Shown here in pieces: positions 52,151-62,871 of a DNA stretch of 64,000 nucleotides. The stretch is from a virus (Duplodnaviria; Caudoviricetes): IMG/VR virus record IMGVR_UViG_3300031949_001696; one strand, 5' to 3'. Numbering within the stretch: position 1 is the stretch's first letter; each line of letters starts with the position of its first letter. Under the pieces are notes generated by a model. That model saw only the letters and a list, made by a program, of their open reading frames with translations. It was not told the origin of the DNA and made no database searches. The translations under genes and the position numbers were made by a program.

Positions 52151-52504
52151 ATGAACGAGCGCGGACACTACGGAAACGGACCGGCACATACCTCCATGGC
52201 CTACGTCGGGTATGCACCTCCCAAGCCGCCGGATTCGTCTGGGACTGGAGCTGGAACGTTCGTCGTCGGAGCGCTCCTTGTGGGCGGTGCCGTTCTCGGG
52301 CTTCGATGGGCCTTCCGCACGATGAAGGAAGACGAACGCGAGATCCAACGCGAGACTCGTCGGGCGCGTGCACAACAGGAGCTTCTCGACATGCCCGAGC
52401 GTGAGTTCGGCGAGCGCGTGCGTGAGAGCGGGCTACGGACAGGGATGTCTCAAGCGGAGCACGGTCGCGCCCTGGACGCTTATATCGCCAAGAAGGGGCG
52501 CTGA
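52151..52504 (+). CDS. Single-TM protein with N-terminal MNERGHYG motif
   Basis: TM segment FVVGALLVGGAVLGL. TACCCT box just upstream of the ATG. Confidence 0.65.
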   Translation: MNERGHYGNGPAHTSMAYVGYAPPKPPDSSGTGAGTFVVGALLVGGAVLGLRWAFRTMKEDEREIQRETRRARAQQELLDMPEREFGERVRESGLRTGMSQAEHGRALDAYIAKKGR

Positions 52505-52507
52505 GGA

Positions 52508-52801
52508 ATGAACGAGCGCGGACAGTACGGGTACTCATCGGGTGGCTACATCGGCGCAGACCGTACAGAAGCTCCGACAACAAAACCCACATCGGACAAG
52601 AACACCAAATGGGTTGTCTTGACGCTCGCAGGAACACTTGCCGTGGGCGTCCTAGCAAACGTGCTTCTCACGATCCGTAAAGTACGGAAGCAGCCGCGCT
52701 CTCCCTATTATCCGAGCGAGTTGGCTCGACGGGACGCCGAGAGAGCGGAGCGGATGGCCGAGGCGGCTCGTGAAGACAGAGCAAGTCAAAGCCCGAGGTA
52801 A
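52508..52801 (+). CDS. Single-TM protein with N-terminal MNERGQYG motif
   Basis: TM segment WVVLTLAGTLAVGVLANVLL. GAGG RBS. Confidence 0.65.
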   Translation: MNERGQYGYSSGGYIGADRTEAPTTKPTSDKNTKWVVLTLAGTLAVGVLANVLLTIRKVRKQPRSPYYPSELARRDAERAERMAEAAREDRASQSPR

Positions 52802-52855
52802 CAGGGATCTGCTCCTGGTATTGCCGATTGAGCGAGCGCGCACTACGAACGTCGG

Positions 52856-53149
52856 ATGCGCCTTCGTCCCGCCAACCGCATGCCGCCCGTGGGATCGAAG
52901 CACGTCGTGACCTTCCATGCCGTCGCTCGCATGCTGGGATGGGCTTCAGCACGCATTCGCAGGATCGACGACGTGCTTCGCCCGACCCGAGCAGCGAACG
53001 GCGAACGGCTCTACGACGTCGATCGCGTGCTGTTTCTCGTCGAGACGATGGACAATGCGCCGGCCGTTCCAGCCCCGATCGTGATCAGCGCAGCCGAGTA
53101 CAAAGAGCTGCGCCAGCGGTGGCGGGCACAACGCTCGTCGCGCACCTAG
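52856..53149 (+). CDS. MerR-type HTH protein
   Basis: VARMLGWASARIR....LRPTRAANGERLYD..V. Confidence 0.65.
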   Translation: MRLRPANRMPPVGSKHVVTFHAVARMLGWASARIRRIDDVLRPTRAANGERLYDVDRVLFLVETMDNAPAVPAPIVISAAEYKELRQRWRAQRSSRT

Positions 53150-53373
53150 CGCGGTTCTACTTCTGTCGAGTTTTGAGGAAGCGCGGTTCTACTTCCGTCG
53201 AAACTCGTGCGAATGCCGTCGATGCAGCTCGCGCGCTCCGCGAATCGCCCCACGTAATCACCGGACGTTCACCGAGCTTCTGAGGAAGCCGGCCGGGTAT
53301 TGAGGAACCGACCCCTTCTGAGGCACAGCCGCAGCCGGCAGCCGGCAGCCGAAGCAGCCAAACCGTCTGCCGT

Positions 53374-53913
53374 CTACCGGCGTCGCGCCTTCCGCGGCTG
53401 CGCTTCGTGGATCTGACCGCCAGCTGCGCGGATCTCGTCAGGGTGCGTGCCTGCTGCTCCCTTCGAGTGATCGGTCACCGTCATCGCGCCGCTCTTCCCG
53501 AAGTGTCGCGAGACCAGCTTTCGCGGAATCGTCTCGAGCTTGCCGCGGTCGTCGGCCCTTTGGGCGTCCGGCTCGTCCTTGCTCCGGTAGATGTTTCCGC
53601 GGTGGTCTTTGTACATCTGGGGCTGGATGTGCTGGAACGAGAACGTCTCGTCGCCGTATCCCTTAATGGCGCTCGTCGGATGCGTCGGATGTCCTTCGCT
53701 CGCGAAGGAGTCGCGCATCTCCGTCGCGATGCGATGGGAGGTACTCATGCCCGTCGAGCTTGTGCTGCTGGGAATGGAAGGTGCGTCTTCCGCGTGGCTC
53801 GCCGCGTGCGTGCCGCTGCCCGGACCACTGCCGAACGTTCCGTTGCGCCTCGAAAGCACCTCGTTGATCTCGCGATCGAGCTGCGCGGGGCTCTTCTTCT
53901 TGGTCGGCGACAT
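53374..53913 (-). CDS. Protein with N-terminal KKSPAQLDREINEVL tag
   Basis: Shared tag. AAAGGAG RBS upstream of the ATG. Confidence 0.7.
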   Translation of the reverse strand: MSPTKKKSPAQLDREINEVLSRRNGTFGSGPGSGTHAASHAEDAPSIPSSTSSTGMSTSHRIATEMRDSFASEGHPTHPTSAIKGYGDETFSFQHIQPQMYKDHRGNIYRSKDEPDAQRADDRGKLETIPRKLVSRHFGKSGAMTVTDHSKGAAGTHPDEIRAAGGQIHEAQPRKARRR

Positions 53914-53941
53914 GGAACTCCTTTCCAATGGAGGCAGCGAT

Positions 53942-54475
53942 CTACTTCAAGGGACGCCCACACCGACGACAAATGCGGGCGTGACCGAGGCTGCGATAGT
54001 ACCGCTCTTCTTCGGCTGCCAAGTTCCTCTCGTAGACGTAGTCGGGCAGTCTGAACGCTAGCTGCGACTCGCGAGCGGGACTCGTATCGTTCAACGCGTC
54101 GAGGTCGATCCGGTCGAGACAGTACGGCTTGCCTTCGGGCATCGCCGCCCAAACAGCCTGCGCGATCGTCTTAGCGCCTCGTTTGCCTTGCAGATCGTAC
54201 TTGTGGTTGATGGCGTCGAATTCGGACGGAAAGACTGCGTAGTCCGCGCCGCCGTAATTCTGGACAACCTCGTAGTTGGTATCGAGAAACGCTTTGAGCG
54301 CCTTGGTCTTGGTGTCGTAGCAGACGCGATCTTCTTCGGGCGCTGCCTTCCGCCACCAGTTCGCGAGTTGGGTGCTGTGGGAAAGGTGACGGTTCGTGAG
54401 CGTAGGCGCGCGACCTGACGCGAGCGTCTCGGCGATCTCGCGGTCGAGCTGGGCCGCGGTCTTCTTCTTCGCCAT
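53942..54475 (-). CDS. Protein with N-terminal KKTAAQLDREIAETL tag
   Basis: Shared tag. TAGGAT box 7 nt upstream of the ATG. Confidence 0.75.
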   Translation of the reverse strand: MAKKKTAAQLDREIAETLASGRAPTLTNRHLSHSTQLANWWRKAAPEEDRVCYDTKTKALKAFLDTNYEVVQNYGGADYAVFPSEFDAINHKYDLQGKRGAKTIAQAVWAAMPEGKPYCLDRIDLDALNDTSPARESQLAFRLPDYVYERNLAAEEERYYRSLGHARICRRCGRPLK

Positions 54476-54488
54476 GTCGGCGATCCTA

Positions 54489-55322
54489 TCAGCTCGACGG
54501 CGACTTCGTAGCTTGAGAGCCGATCAGCAGCTCGTGATCGAGTCGCGAGAGATCCGCGAAACGATGCAGCCCCGTCTTGTACTCATCAGGGATGCCTTCG
54601 AGCCCAAACCGCGCGCCGAGGACCGCACCCGCGATCGCACCTCGAGTGTCGGTATCGCCACCGAGCTTGATGGCCGCGATCACGCCATCTCGAAAACTAT
54701 CGTGGTGAAGCGCGCAGTAGATCGCGGTCGCGGTGATCTGCCACGCGTTACCGCGGCGGCCCGCACTTGCGTTCATGAATTCTTCTGGGCTCGCGCCCAG
54801 GGACAACGTGATGCTCGCGCGAATCAGCGCCCCTTCGACGTGTGTCTGTGGATGTTGGCTGCCGCTACGTCGCGAGAAGCTAATCAGTCTGTCGATCACG
54901 TGCGGCAGGATGGCGCGGCGTGTGACGCCATCCTGAAGTGCGAGGCTGACCGTCATCGCGACCGCGAAGCTCGCCGCGATGGCTTCTGGATCTGCGTGCG
55001 TGATGTACGCGTCCGATCTGCACGCGTTAAGAAGCGCCGCTCCGTTTTTGTAGAACGCGCCGATCGGAGCAGCCCGCATCGGTGGAGCGCTGCCGACCTT
55101 GTGAGGATCGTCGAACGCTATGCCGCTATGTTGCCAGCGCACGCCCTCGCCCAGCGCTTCCATCGCCAGCCGCGTTGTTCCGCCCATGCCGTGCGGTGTC
55201 CCCTGCGACCATGCGAGGTAGCGCCTGGCGACGTCGGCGCCGTCGAAGCCGTGACACGCGATCAGCGACGTCGCGAGGCATTCGGCCATCTCGGTGTCGT
55301 CCGTAAAATGTCCGGCCAGTCC
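54489..55322 (-). pseudogene. ADP-ribosylglycohydrolase (DraG/ARH family), N-terminally truncated
   Basis: GHFTDDTEM (upstream of the called ATG), GMGGTT, MRAAPIG, ITH and GGDTDTRGAIAG. The N-terminal GDALG block is absent and replaced by an unrelated out-of-frame ORF start. Confidence 0.8.
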
Positions 55323-56295
55323 TCCTGTTTCAGTTGCTCGCGCAGCTCGCGAATCTGCGCGTCGGTGATCGTGCCGGCCGTGAGCTTCACGTACCGCTCC
55401 TGGCGTTGAGGATCTCGGCGCAGCGCGCGCGAACCTGCTCCTTGGCGCGCGGAATCTCGGCCTCGGTCGCGCAGCCGTAACCGATATACGTGCCGTCGGG
55501 CAGGGTGATGCCCACCGACCACACGCCTAGCTCGCCGTTGTACTCCGCGAGGATCTGCTCGTTCGTGATCAACCGCAACGCACGCGCGTTGAACAGCTCG
55601 GCGCAGTGGGCGCGAGCCTCCCGGCGATCTTCCGTGCTCCAGCCAGGCAGCGTCGCCACGGTCAGCTCGATGGCAGCGATCTCGTCCGCGTAGAACAGCT
55701 CGCGGATCTGATCGTCGGTGATCGTGGCGGCGGTGAGCTTCGCGGCATTATCTGCACGGGAAGTGATCAAGTCGCCCATGGCTCTGCTCCTCGCTCGTCC
55801 CAGAGTTGCTCGAATGCCGATTCTCCGGTGTCGGGATCTTTCCCGGCCCGCGCCGCGGCAGTGCGCCAGTATGCCCGGGCGACTTCTTTGAGACGTAGTG
55901 CTTCGGAGATCTGTGCGGCGCTCACGACGTGCAGCTCGATCTGGACATCTGGCACCTGGAATAGATTGTGTTCGGACGCCTCGGCGATCACCTGGGCGTG
56001 CGCGTCCTGCATGCTCGTCGCGCGTACGAACACAGCACGCCGGAATTTGGCTGATCCGGTCGTCGTTATTGCCAGGAATGGCGCCTTGTCGTCGTTGAGG
56101 AATTTCCTCGCGTCCTTGCGCGCCTTAGATCTCGCTTTCACGGACAGCCCCCGAGCATGATGGTGGCGAGGACGAAGAGGAGCGCCACGACCGCCCACGC
56201 GGTCAACGAGCCCTCGGTAGGCGAAGAGCACTGTTGCTCGCGCTCGGCGGCGGCGTAGAACGTGATCGAGCGATCGGGGCCGTAGATGGGATCAT

Positions 56296-56877
56296 TCACG
56301 AGGGGCTCCTTTCTTCGTTGGCCTTCTTGAGCGCAAAGAACAGCTCGCCTTGCTCGATCGCGTCGTCGATCGCGACATGCGTGTGCGGACGGCTCTTCGA
56401 CACGTACTTCTTCATCGTCTGCTTGGTGACCTCGCGGTACCCGCAGCGCATGAGCGCCATCGCGTAGGTCTTGATGTCGAGCGCGGAGAACGAGAACGGA
56501 CTCTTGCCAGATCCAAGGAACCGGATCAGGTACCAATAGACGAATAGGAAGTCGAAGCCGGCCGGATATCCGACGAACACAGGCTTGCCTCCGCCACGCT
56601 CCGCCACGCTCTTGACCCAGCTTGCGAACATCGGCATCGCGACGTCGGGCGAGATCGGGCTAGCGCGACACGCCTTCCACGCCTCGGGCTGCGTCTCCCA
56701 CCACTTCATGGTGTCTGCGTCGGAGATCGCGCCGCGCAGCTCCTCAAGGTTGATCGTGTACGTGTCGATCATCTTGCCGGTACCGTCGAAGGCGGCGGCG
56801 CCCAACGACAGCATTGAGTTGATGCCCGGAATGGGCCCGTCGGTCTCGATGTCCACGCTGAAGTAGATTTCGCTCAT
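56296..56877 (-). CDS. DEDDh 3'-5' exonuclease (Rv2179c-like)
   Basis: [13 protein letters not shown] and [11 protein letters not shown]. Confidence 0.85.
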   Translation of the reverse strand: MSEIYFSVDIETDGPIPGINSMLSLGAAAFDGTGKMIDTYTINLEELRGAISDADTMKWWETQPEAWKACRASPISPDVAMPMFASWVKSVAERGGGKPVFVGYPAGFDFLFVYWYLIRFLGSGKSPFSFSALDIKTYAMALMRCGYREVTKQTMKKYVSKSRPHTHVAIDDAIEQGELFFALKKANEERSPS

Positions 56878-58533
56878 GTCAAGGTTCCCGGTTCGATTCG
56901 TTTTCCGAGGATCGCGTCGAGCGCGACCATCAGGTCGTCGATATCTGCGCGCTCGATCACGATCTCGGCGCTGGGCGTATGCGTCTTCGAGATCCGGAGG
57001 TTCCCGCCGCCGGTCTCCTCGACGAGGATCGATCCGACGACGTGACGTGATCGACTAGTGATGGGGCTATTGATCGTCACGAGGTTTTCTCCGCCTGCGC
57101 GGCAGCGCGCTCCAGGTTTTGGGCGTGCAGATCGCTGCCGTGCTCGCGGAGCTTCGTTGCCGCGAGACGGTACGCAGCGGCGACGACGTCTCCGCCTCTC
57201 GCGTGGCTGCTGTCGTACTCGCGCGCGGCGGCGAGCAGGATCTTGGTGGCGTGCCAGGTGTCGTGCATGGGCGTGTCCTTGTTTCAGTAGTAGGGGTCGT
57301 ATTCGCGGACGATCGGAGGCTCGTAGCCGTCGAGGTAGATGACGGGTGCCAAGAAGCCGGCGCGCTCGCGCAGCCCGCGCTTCATGTCGACGAGGAACTC
57401 GTCGGTGATCGCGTAGCGATCTTGCGGAGCGACCTTGATCACGATTTCGAGGTCGAAGCGTCCGTGGATGCGCGCGAAGTTCGCGGTCTCCTTGTCCTTG
57501 CAGCGCGTCTCGATCTGGTTCATGAGCCAATCGAGGTGCTCCTGCGAGATGTCGTTGGTTTTCATTCGGACTTCTCCTTGATGACGATGGCTTCGACCGT
57601 CGGCGTGTCGAAGAGCGCGCGTACGGCCTTCATGGGCACTTGAATAATCAGCTCGCGCACGAGCTTGTCTTCGCGTCTCTTGAGGTACTCGGGTGGAAAG
57701 CCGCCGTTCTCGTCGACGGTGTACTCGTCGACAGCGGTGACGAGCCATGGAAGGTCGTCGCCGTCGCCCGCGTGCCAGAGGGTGTAGATCATCATCGGGG
57801 TCATGGGCGCACCGTCCCGACGACGTGGACCTCGGTTAGCTTGTCGCCACTAAAGCGCGGGCCTCCGACCTGCCAGCGCACGATGCCGCCCACGACGGAT
57901 CGCTTCGCCGCCGATACGACTTGCCCGCGGCGGGTCGTGAGATCGAAGTCGGCCGTGATCGGTTCCAGCTGGTGCTCGAACACGGCGCTCGGCATGCTCC
58001 AGCGACCGTCGGCTGCCGAGGGATTTGACGAGTGCTGCCAGCGGCAGACGCGGAGCTTGCCGGCCTTCTGCGATGGCTCCAGTACGATGACGATCTTGAA
58101 CGTCTTGCACGTCCGATCGCGGCAGATCTGGCCTGAGTCTATCACGAAGGATCCTTGGCGAGTTCGCGCTGGTCAGCTTCGCCCCGCGGGAGACGCACGA
58201 ACGTGCAGTTTTTCCAACGCCGCTCGCGCCCGTCGAAGGCGCGGATCGTGTACTCGCTTTCGCCCTCGATCGCGATCAGTTCACCGACGCAATCGATCGG
58301 CCTGCCGCGGATGTTGGTCACCTCCAGGACGAGCTGACCAGGCGCGATCTCGCGCATCCAGTCGAACAAGCGGCGAGCCGCGGGCGTAACGTTGTGTGAC
58401 GATCTCCAGAGCTGCTCGCCGGTCGCAACGAGCATGGCGGCGAGGTTTTCGACGGCTTCACGCTTCTCGTATTCGAGTCGCTGACAGCCGTCGCAATCGG
58501 GATACGGGTCGCCTGGGAGCTGTGGATCGTCAG

Positions 58534-59523
58534 TCATTTGGTTTCTCCCCGGACCTTGCCGCGACCCTTGCGGTAGCGGAATGGACGCCGGGTCCGGTTG
58601 GCCTCGATCAGGTCGTCGCGTTCGAGGTTCGTCAGCGCGACGATCACAGTCGTAGCCTTGACGGCAGTGCCGCGGTCGGCAGCGCTTTGCACGATGTCGC
58701 GCGTTGTCATCCACGGGAAGTCGCGCGGCATCCCCAGGATCTCAAGCACGAGCGCTGTCGTCGTTCCCGCGCGCGGCGGCGGGCGTAGTGGCCGATCCCA
58801 CGACGCGCGAGGGTGCTCGTGCCAGATCTTGGGTGCCGCGTCGAGTGCGGCTTTGTGTGCGAGATTAGCGGAAGCGTAACGCCGGATGTCGCCGCTCTGC
58901 GTCCGCAGGAAGCTGCCGTCGACGTAGGCCATCCAACGCGGCAGCTCGCTCTGGGGCGCTTCGTCATAAACGACGCCCACGCCCTCACACGGAGGTCGAT
59001 CTGTGTCCTCGAAGATGTTCTTGAGGTGAGGGCAGCCGCAGTACCGGTGCTCGCCCCAGATGCGCTCGCACCCGGCGTTGCACAGATCGCAGCGGATGCT
59101 CGGTGCGGACTCGGCGTCAATCTGGGAAAGCGCGGCCATGGAGGCGGCGATCGCGTCGATGACGTTGTCGCCCGTGAGCTTCCACTCGGGCCTGTGGATC
59201 ACGGTCGGATCGTAACTGCACAGATCGAGCCCCGGAGACCACTTGCGGTGGTCGTGGCCGTAGCCGTCGTGGCCTATGAGCGTTCCGAGCCCATAGCGCG
59301 CTGCGAACCGACCGAGACCGGCGATGAACCGTGGATCGCTCTCGGAGAGGCGATCTGGGGTCGCGTCCCAGAACTCGACTAGCGGCTCCGCGCTGTCGTG
59401 CACGATACCGTGATGCCAGAAGCCGTCGTTTCTGCCGTAGGTATCTCCCTCGCGCACGATCCGAACGTTGAAGGCTCGACCAACATCGTTCACGACGCGC
59501 GTGACGATAACCGGCGCGTCCAT
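58534..59523 (-). CDS. Composite hypothetical protein; N-terminal domain paralogous to 60197-60568, C-terminal wHTH-like segment
   Basis: Shared AFNVR.VR.GD.YG..EP.VEFWDA..DPRF..GLG.FA.RY..GLDLC..EWK.TG.NV. Confidence 0.65.
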   Translation of the reverse strand: MDAPVIVTRVVNDVGRAFNVRIVREGDTYGRNDGFWHHGIVHDSAEPLVEFWDATPDRLSESDPRFIAGLGRFAARYGLGTLIGHDGYGHDHRKWSPGLDLCSYDPTVIHRPEWKLTGDNVIDAIAASMAALSQIDAESAPSIRCDLCNAGCERIWGEHRYCGCPHLKNIFEDTDRPPCEGVGVVYDEAPQSELPRWMAYVDGSFLRTQSGDIRRYASANLAHKAALDAAPKIWHEHPRASWDRPLRPPPRAGTTTALVLEILGMPRDFPWMTTRDIVQSAADRGTAVKATTVIVALTNLERDDLIEANRTRRPFRYRKGRGKVRGETK

Positions 59524-60196
59524 GTCAGTTGCTCTCTTCGCGGATCTGCGCGGCCTGCGCACTCTGCGAAAGCACGTAGACGACCGCGTATGCGAGGTAG
59601 CGGGGGTCGTTTTCCTGGCCGAGCTTCTCGTTGATCGCGGGCATGTTCGGCTCGATCACGCGCGTCAGGATCTGCGCCGTTGCGTCGAGATCACCGTGGA
59701 TTTCGTACAGCCGCGCAGCTTCGTTGATCTGCGCTTCGGTCAGAAACTGCGGCAGGGTGAAGGTCTTCACGACGACAGCCTCCTCACGGTCTCGGCGACG
59801 AGAACGAGATCGCCCGTTGGCTCACTGGGTTCGCGAGTCATTTCGGCTGCTCGACGCTTGGCCTGCGCGAAGCTGGGCCAGTCGCCGCGGTACTCGTTGT
59901 CGACGTAGAGTCCCCAGCCGGTGACTTTGGCGCGCTCCTTGAGACGGACCAGACACGCGCGACCGTCCTGTTGGTCGTAGCCGCCGGGTGCCTTGCGCCA
60001 CCACGTCGGATCGAGGGGTCGCAGCGGCTTCACGACAGCGCTCCTTCGATGCGAGAGCCGCACTCGGACCACCACTTGTCGAACGCCTTTTCGGCCTCGC
60101 GACCTACGGCGTCGTGATTGCCGAGCGAGCTTCGACCGTGCAAGTAGCCTACGACGAACAAGCGAAGCGCCTCGCGGCGGCGTTGATCTTCGGACT

Positions 60197-60568
60197 TCAC
60201 GACGCCACCTCCGCCAGCGCTGTCTCGGCGGCAGCGATCACTTCCATCACGTTGGCACCCGTCACCTTCCACTCGGACACGTGGCCGCACAGATCGAGCC
60301 CGGACGAACCCAGACGGTGACCTTGGCCGAAGTAGCCGTCCTTGCCGGTGAGCGTGCCGAGGAAGTAGCGAGAAGCGAACTGGCCGAGTCCGGGCGTGAA
60401 CCGCGGATCGTTCTCCAGGGACGCGTCCCAGAACTCGATGAGGGGCTCGTTCCGGTCATGGACGAGGACGTCGTCGAGGCCGTAGCAGTCACCCTTGCGC
60501 ACGAGGCGCACATTGAACGCATAGCCGACGCTGTTGACGACACGCGCGATGATCATCGGAGTCTTCAT
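60197..60568 (-). CDS. Hypothetical protein, paralog of the N-terminal domain of 58534-59523
   Basis: Clear by-eye alignment over ~110 aa. Confidence 0.65.
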   Translation of the reverse strand: MKTPMIIARVVNSVGYAFNVRLVRKGDCYGLDDVLVHDRNEPLIEFWDASLENDPRFTPGLGQFASRYFLGTLTGKDGYFGQGHRLGSSGLDLCGHVSEWKVTGANVMEVIAAAETALAEVAS

Positions 60569-60782
60569 TGATTGGGCTCCCACTGCATGCCGCACGGGAC
60601 GAGTCCGGCGGCGTCGAAGTCTTCGGGGTACGGCTTGGCATCATCGAAGCTCCACTCGTCTGGTGGAACGCGTGCGACGCACAGAAGCGTGAGATCGGGG
60701 GACTTCGCCCGTTCGCCGTTGCCCTGGATGAGCTGCGTGTTGGTGTTGCCGCAGTGCGGGCACTTCGCGCGAGTCGGGTGCT

Positions 60783-61217
60783 TCATCGGTTCGCCATTTC
60801 CTCTGCGAGATGCAGCACCGCGTTGTCAGCGGCGTCCGTCGCAATCCTGACGCGTTCGGAGGTTGGATCTCCGAGAGCCTCGGCTTGACCTTCCAGGTTG
60901 TGATCGCGATCCGGGTAGCTCGGTGGTGTTGCGGACAGCACGCGTACATAGACGGCGGCCCAGACAGCATCGAGGCGCGTTTGGGGCATCTTTGCCTTCT
61001 TCACGACCGAGGTCCGCGGTAACACGACCGGTTTACTTGCAAGGGCCGCCTTGATCGCTCGGCGTTCGGCCTCTTCCGCACCGGCCTTGGATGGGGAGAG
61101 GTCGTGGTATGGCCCGGGAATTCCCGGCGTTCCGAACACGCGCCGTTTCCCGTCGGGAAAATGGAGGATGGTTCTAAAAAACCATTGTCCAGTTCGCGCG
61201 TCGCGTCTGACGGGCAT
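60783..61217 (-). CDS. Stand-alone integrase-arm-type DNA-binding domain protein (no catalytic domain)
   Basis: MPVRRD.RTGQWFFR....PDGKRR.FG....SKAGAEEAERR three-strand-plus-helix pattern typical of tyrosine integrase N-termini. Confidence 0.5.
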   Translation of the reverse strand: MPVRRDARTGQWFFRTILHFPDGKRRVFGTPGIPGPYHDLSPSKAGAEEAERRAIKAALASKPVVLPRTSVVKKAKMPQTRLDAVWAAVYVRVLSATPPSYPDRDHNLEGQAEALGDPTSERVRIATDAADNAVLHLAEEMANR

Positions 61218-62871
61218 GTTACTGCCGTTCCTGTGCGCTCTGCGCTGGCGGCGTCTTGGTTTTCATCGCGGCACTGCCTTGTCGATGGCGTACTTCGCGA
61301 TGTTCATGAGCTGACGGATGGTGTTCGCACGGTCGGCGTTGGGCACCGACCACTCGATCACGCCCTCGTACGACGAGCGCTGGATCAGCTCCTGCGCGTT
61401 CGAGAGTGTACCCATCGCGTACATCGCGATGTCGCGCGGGTCCTTACCAGCGAGAGCTTCGTCGATCGCGACGGTGGTGCAGCCGAACATCTCGCGCTGG
61501 CGTGCTTCCTGGGCCGTGACCGGCTCGTTAGCCAGCGTTTGGACCGACTCCTGGAACTTCTTCCAGAACGTGTCGCTGAGCATCGAGGGGAGGTTGGGAG
61601 CTTCGAGCGCGTCGAGCAGCTCGTGCGCGCGCGGCGCGTCGTCGCTGCTTTCCAGGTACGTGGCGACAAGCTCGCGTAGCTCACGGAGCGCGGCGCTGCG
61701 ATCGATGACTTTCTTCACGACAGCTTTTCCTTGGAGGGGTTGCGGATGAAATCGATCGCCTTGCGCGCACACTGGTCGGCCAGCGCGCCCAACGCGTTCG
61801 AAGGCTTCAGATCGTCGCCCGTATAGAAAACGGACCTTCCCAGTCGAGATCCGACGACCGGAAGCCGACCTGCTGGAGCAACGCGACGTCGGTACGTGTC
61901 CAACAGGGGCACTGGCAGTTGTTGCAGATGCCAAGCTCGTGACCCTCGGGGCGCGCGACTTCTTCAGTGCGGTTCATCGCGGCCACGACTTGGAGGTGCT
62001 TCGGGTAGTGCTGCGCGCGTGGACTGTTCTTGAGCCCAGCGTAGTCGCACTCGACGCACAAGACCTGCGCCCATGGTGTCCACACACCATTGCGCGCCTT
62101 CGTCGGCTCTGCGGACACGTTACTTGACCTCCGTCGACGTCGACGCCGACGCCCATGGGATCGGGTGCTTCGCGTAGCCGACGAGCACGTCCTCGGTCGC
62201 CTGGATGTAGCCACGCCAGTGTGCGATCACGCGATCGGCCGAGCTGAGCTTGGCGTCGAGGCTGTGCTCGCCGAAGCGCCCACCCTTGAACACGACGCGA
62301 TCGCTTTCCAGCACCGCGTAGAGCCGAACAGTGCGCTTGCCGATCTGCATCCAGCTCCACATGAGGCCGCGGTCATCGACCGTGACCAGGGTGTCGAGAC
62401 CGTCGATGCCGATGTTGCGGAGGCTGATGCGGGGATCCGTGAAGCTCATGGCATTTGTTCAGAGCAGCTCGCGTGCCGGCCGCGCGTTCGTATAAAGGTG
62501 CGACGGGAAACTCTGGGTAGCTCCATACCCGTCTCTGGCCGACAGCTGTCGCACTGAGCTCGTGGCGCTCGAGACACGGGTAGCAGATCACCCAGGGCGC
62601 AGGTCATTCTTCATCGAGTCCTTCGAACGGTTCCGTTCGCAGCACGCAGCCGTTGGGATGTTTCGCAAAGAATGCTCCAAAGGCCAGCCACCATGCAGGT
62701 GGCACCTCATGTTCGTTGGGATACTTCGCAGGATGTGCCAGCGACCACCATTCGGGCACGGGATCTCGCGGCTCGTAGCGCGCGTAGACGCTTGTGACGG
62801 CCTCGAACATTTCACGGCTGGTCTTCCACTTTAGTTCGTGTTGCAAAGCCATGTTCTATCGTCCAGCCTTT

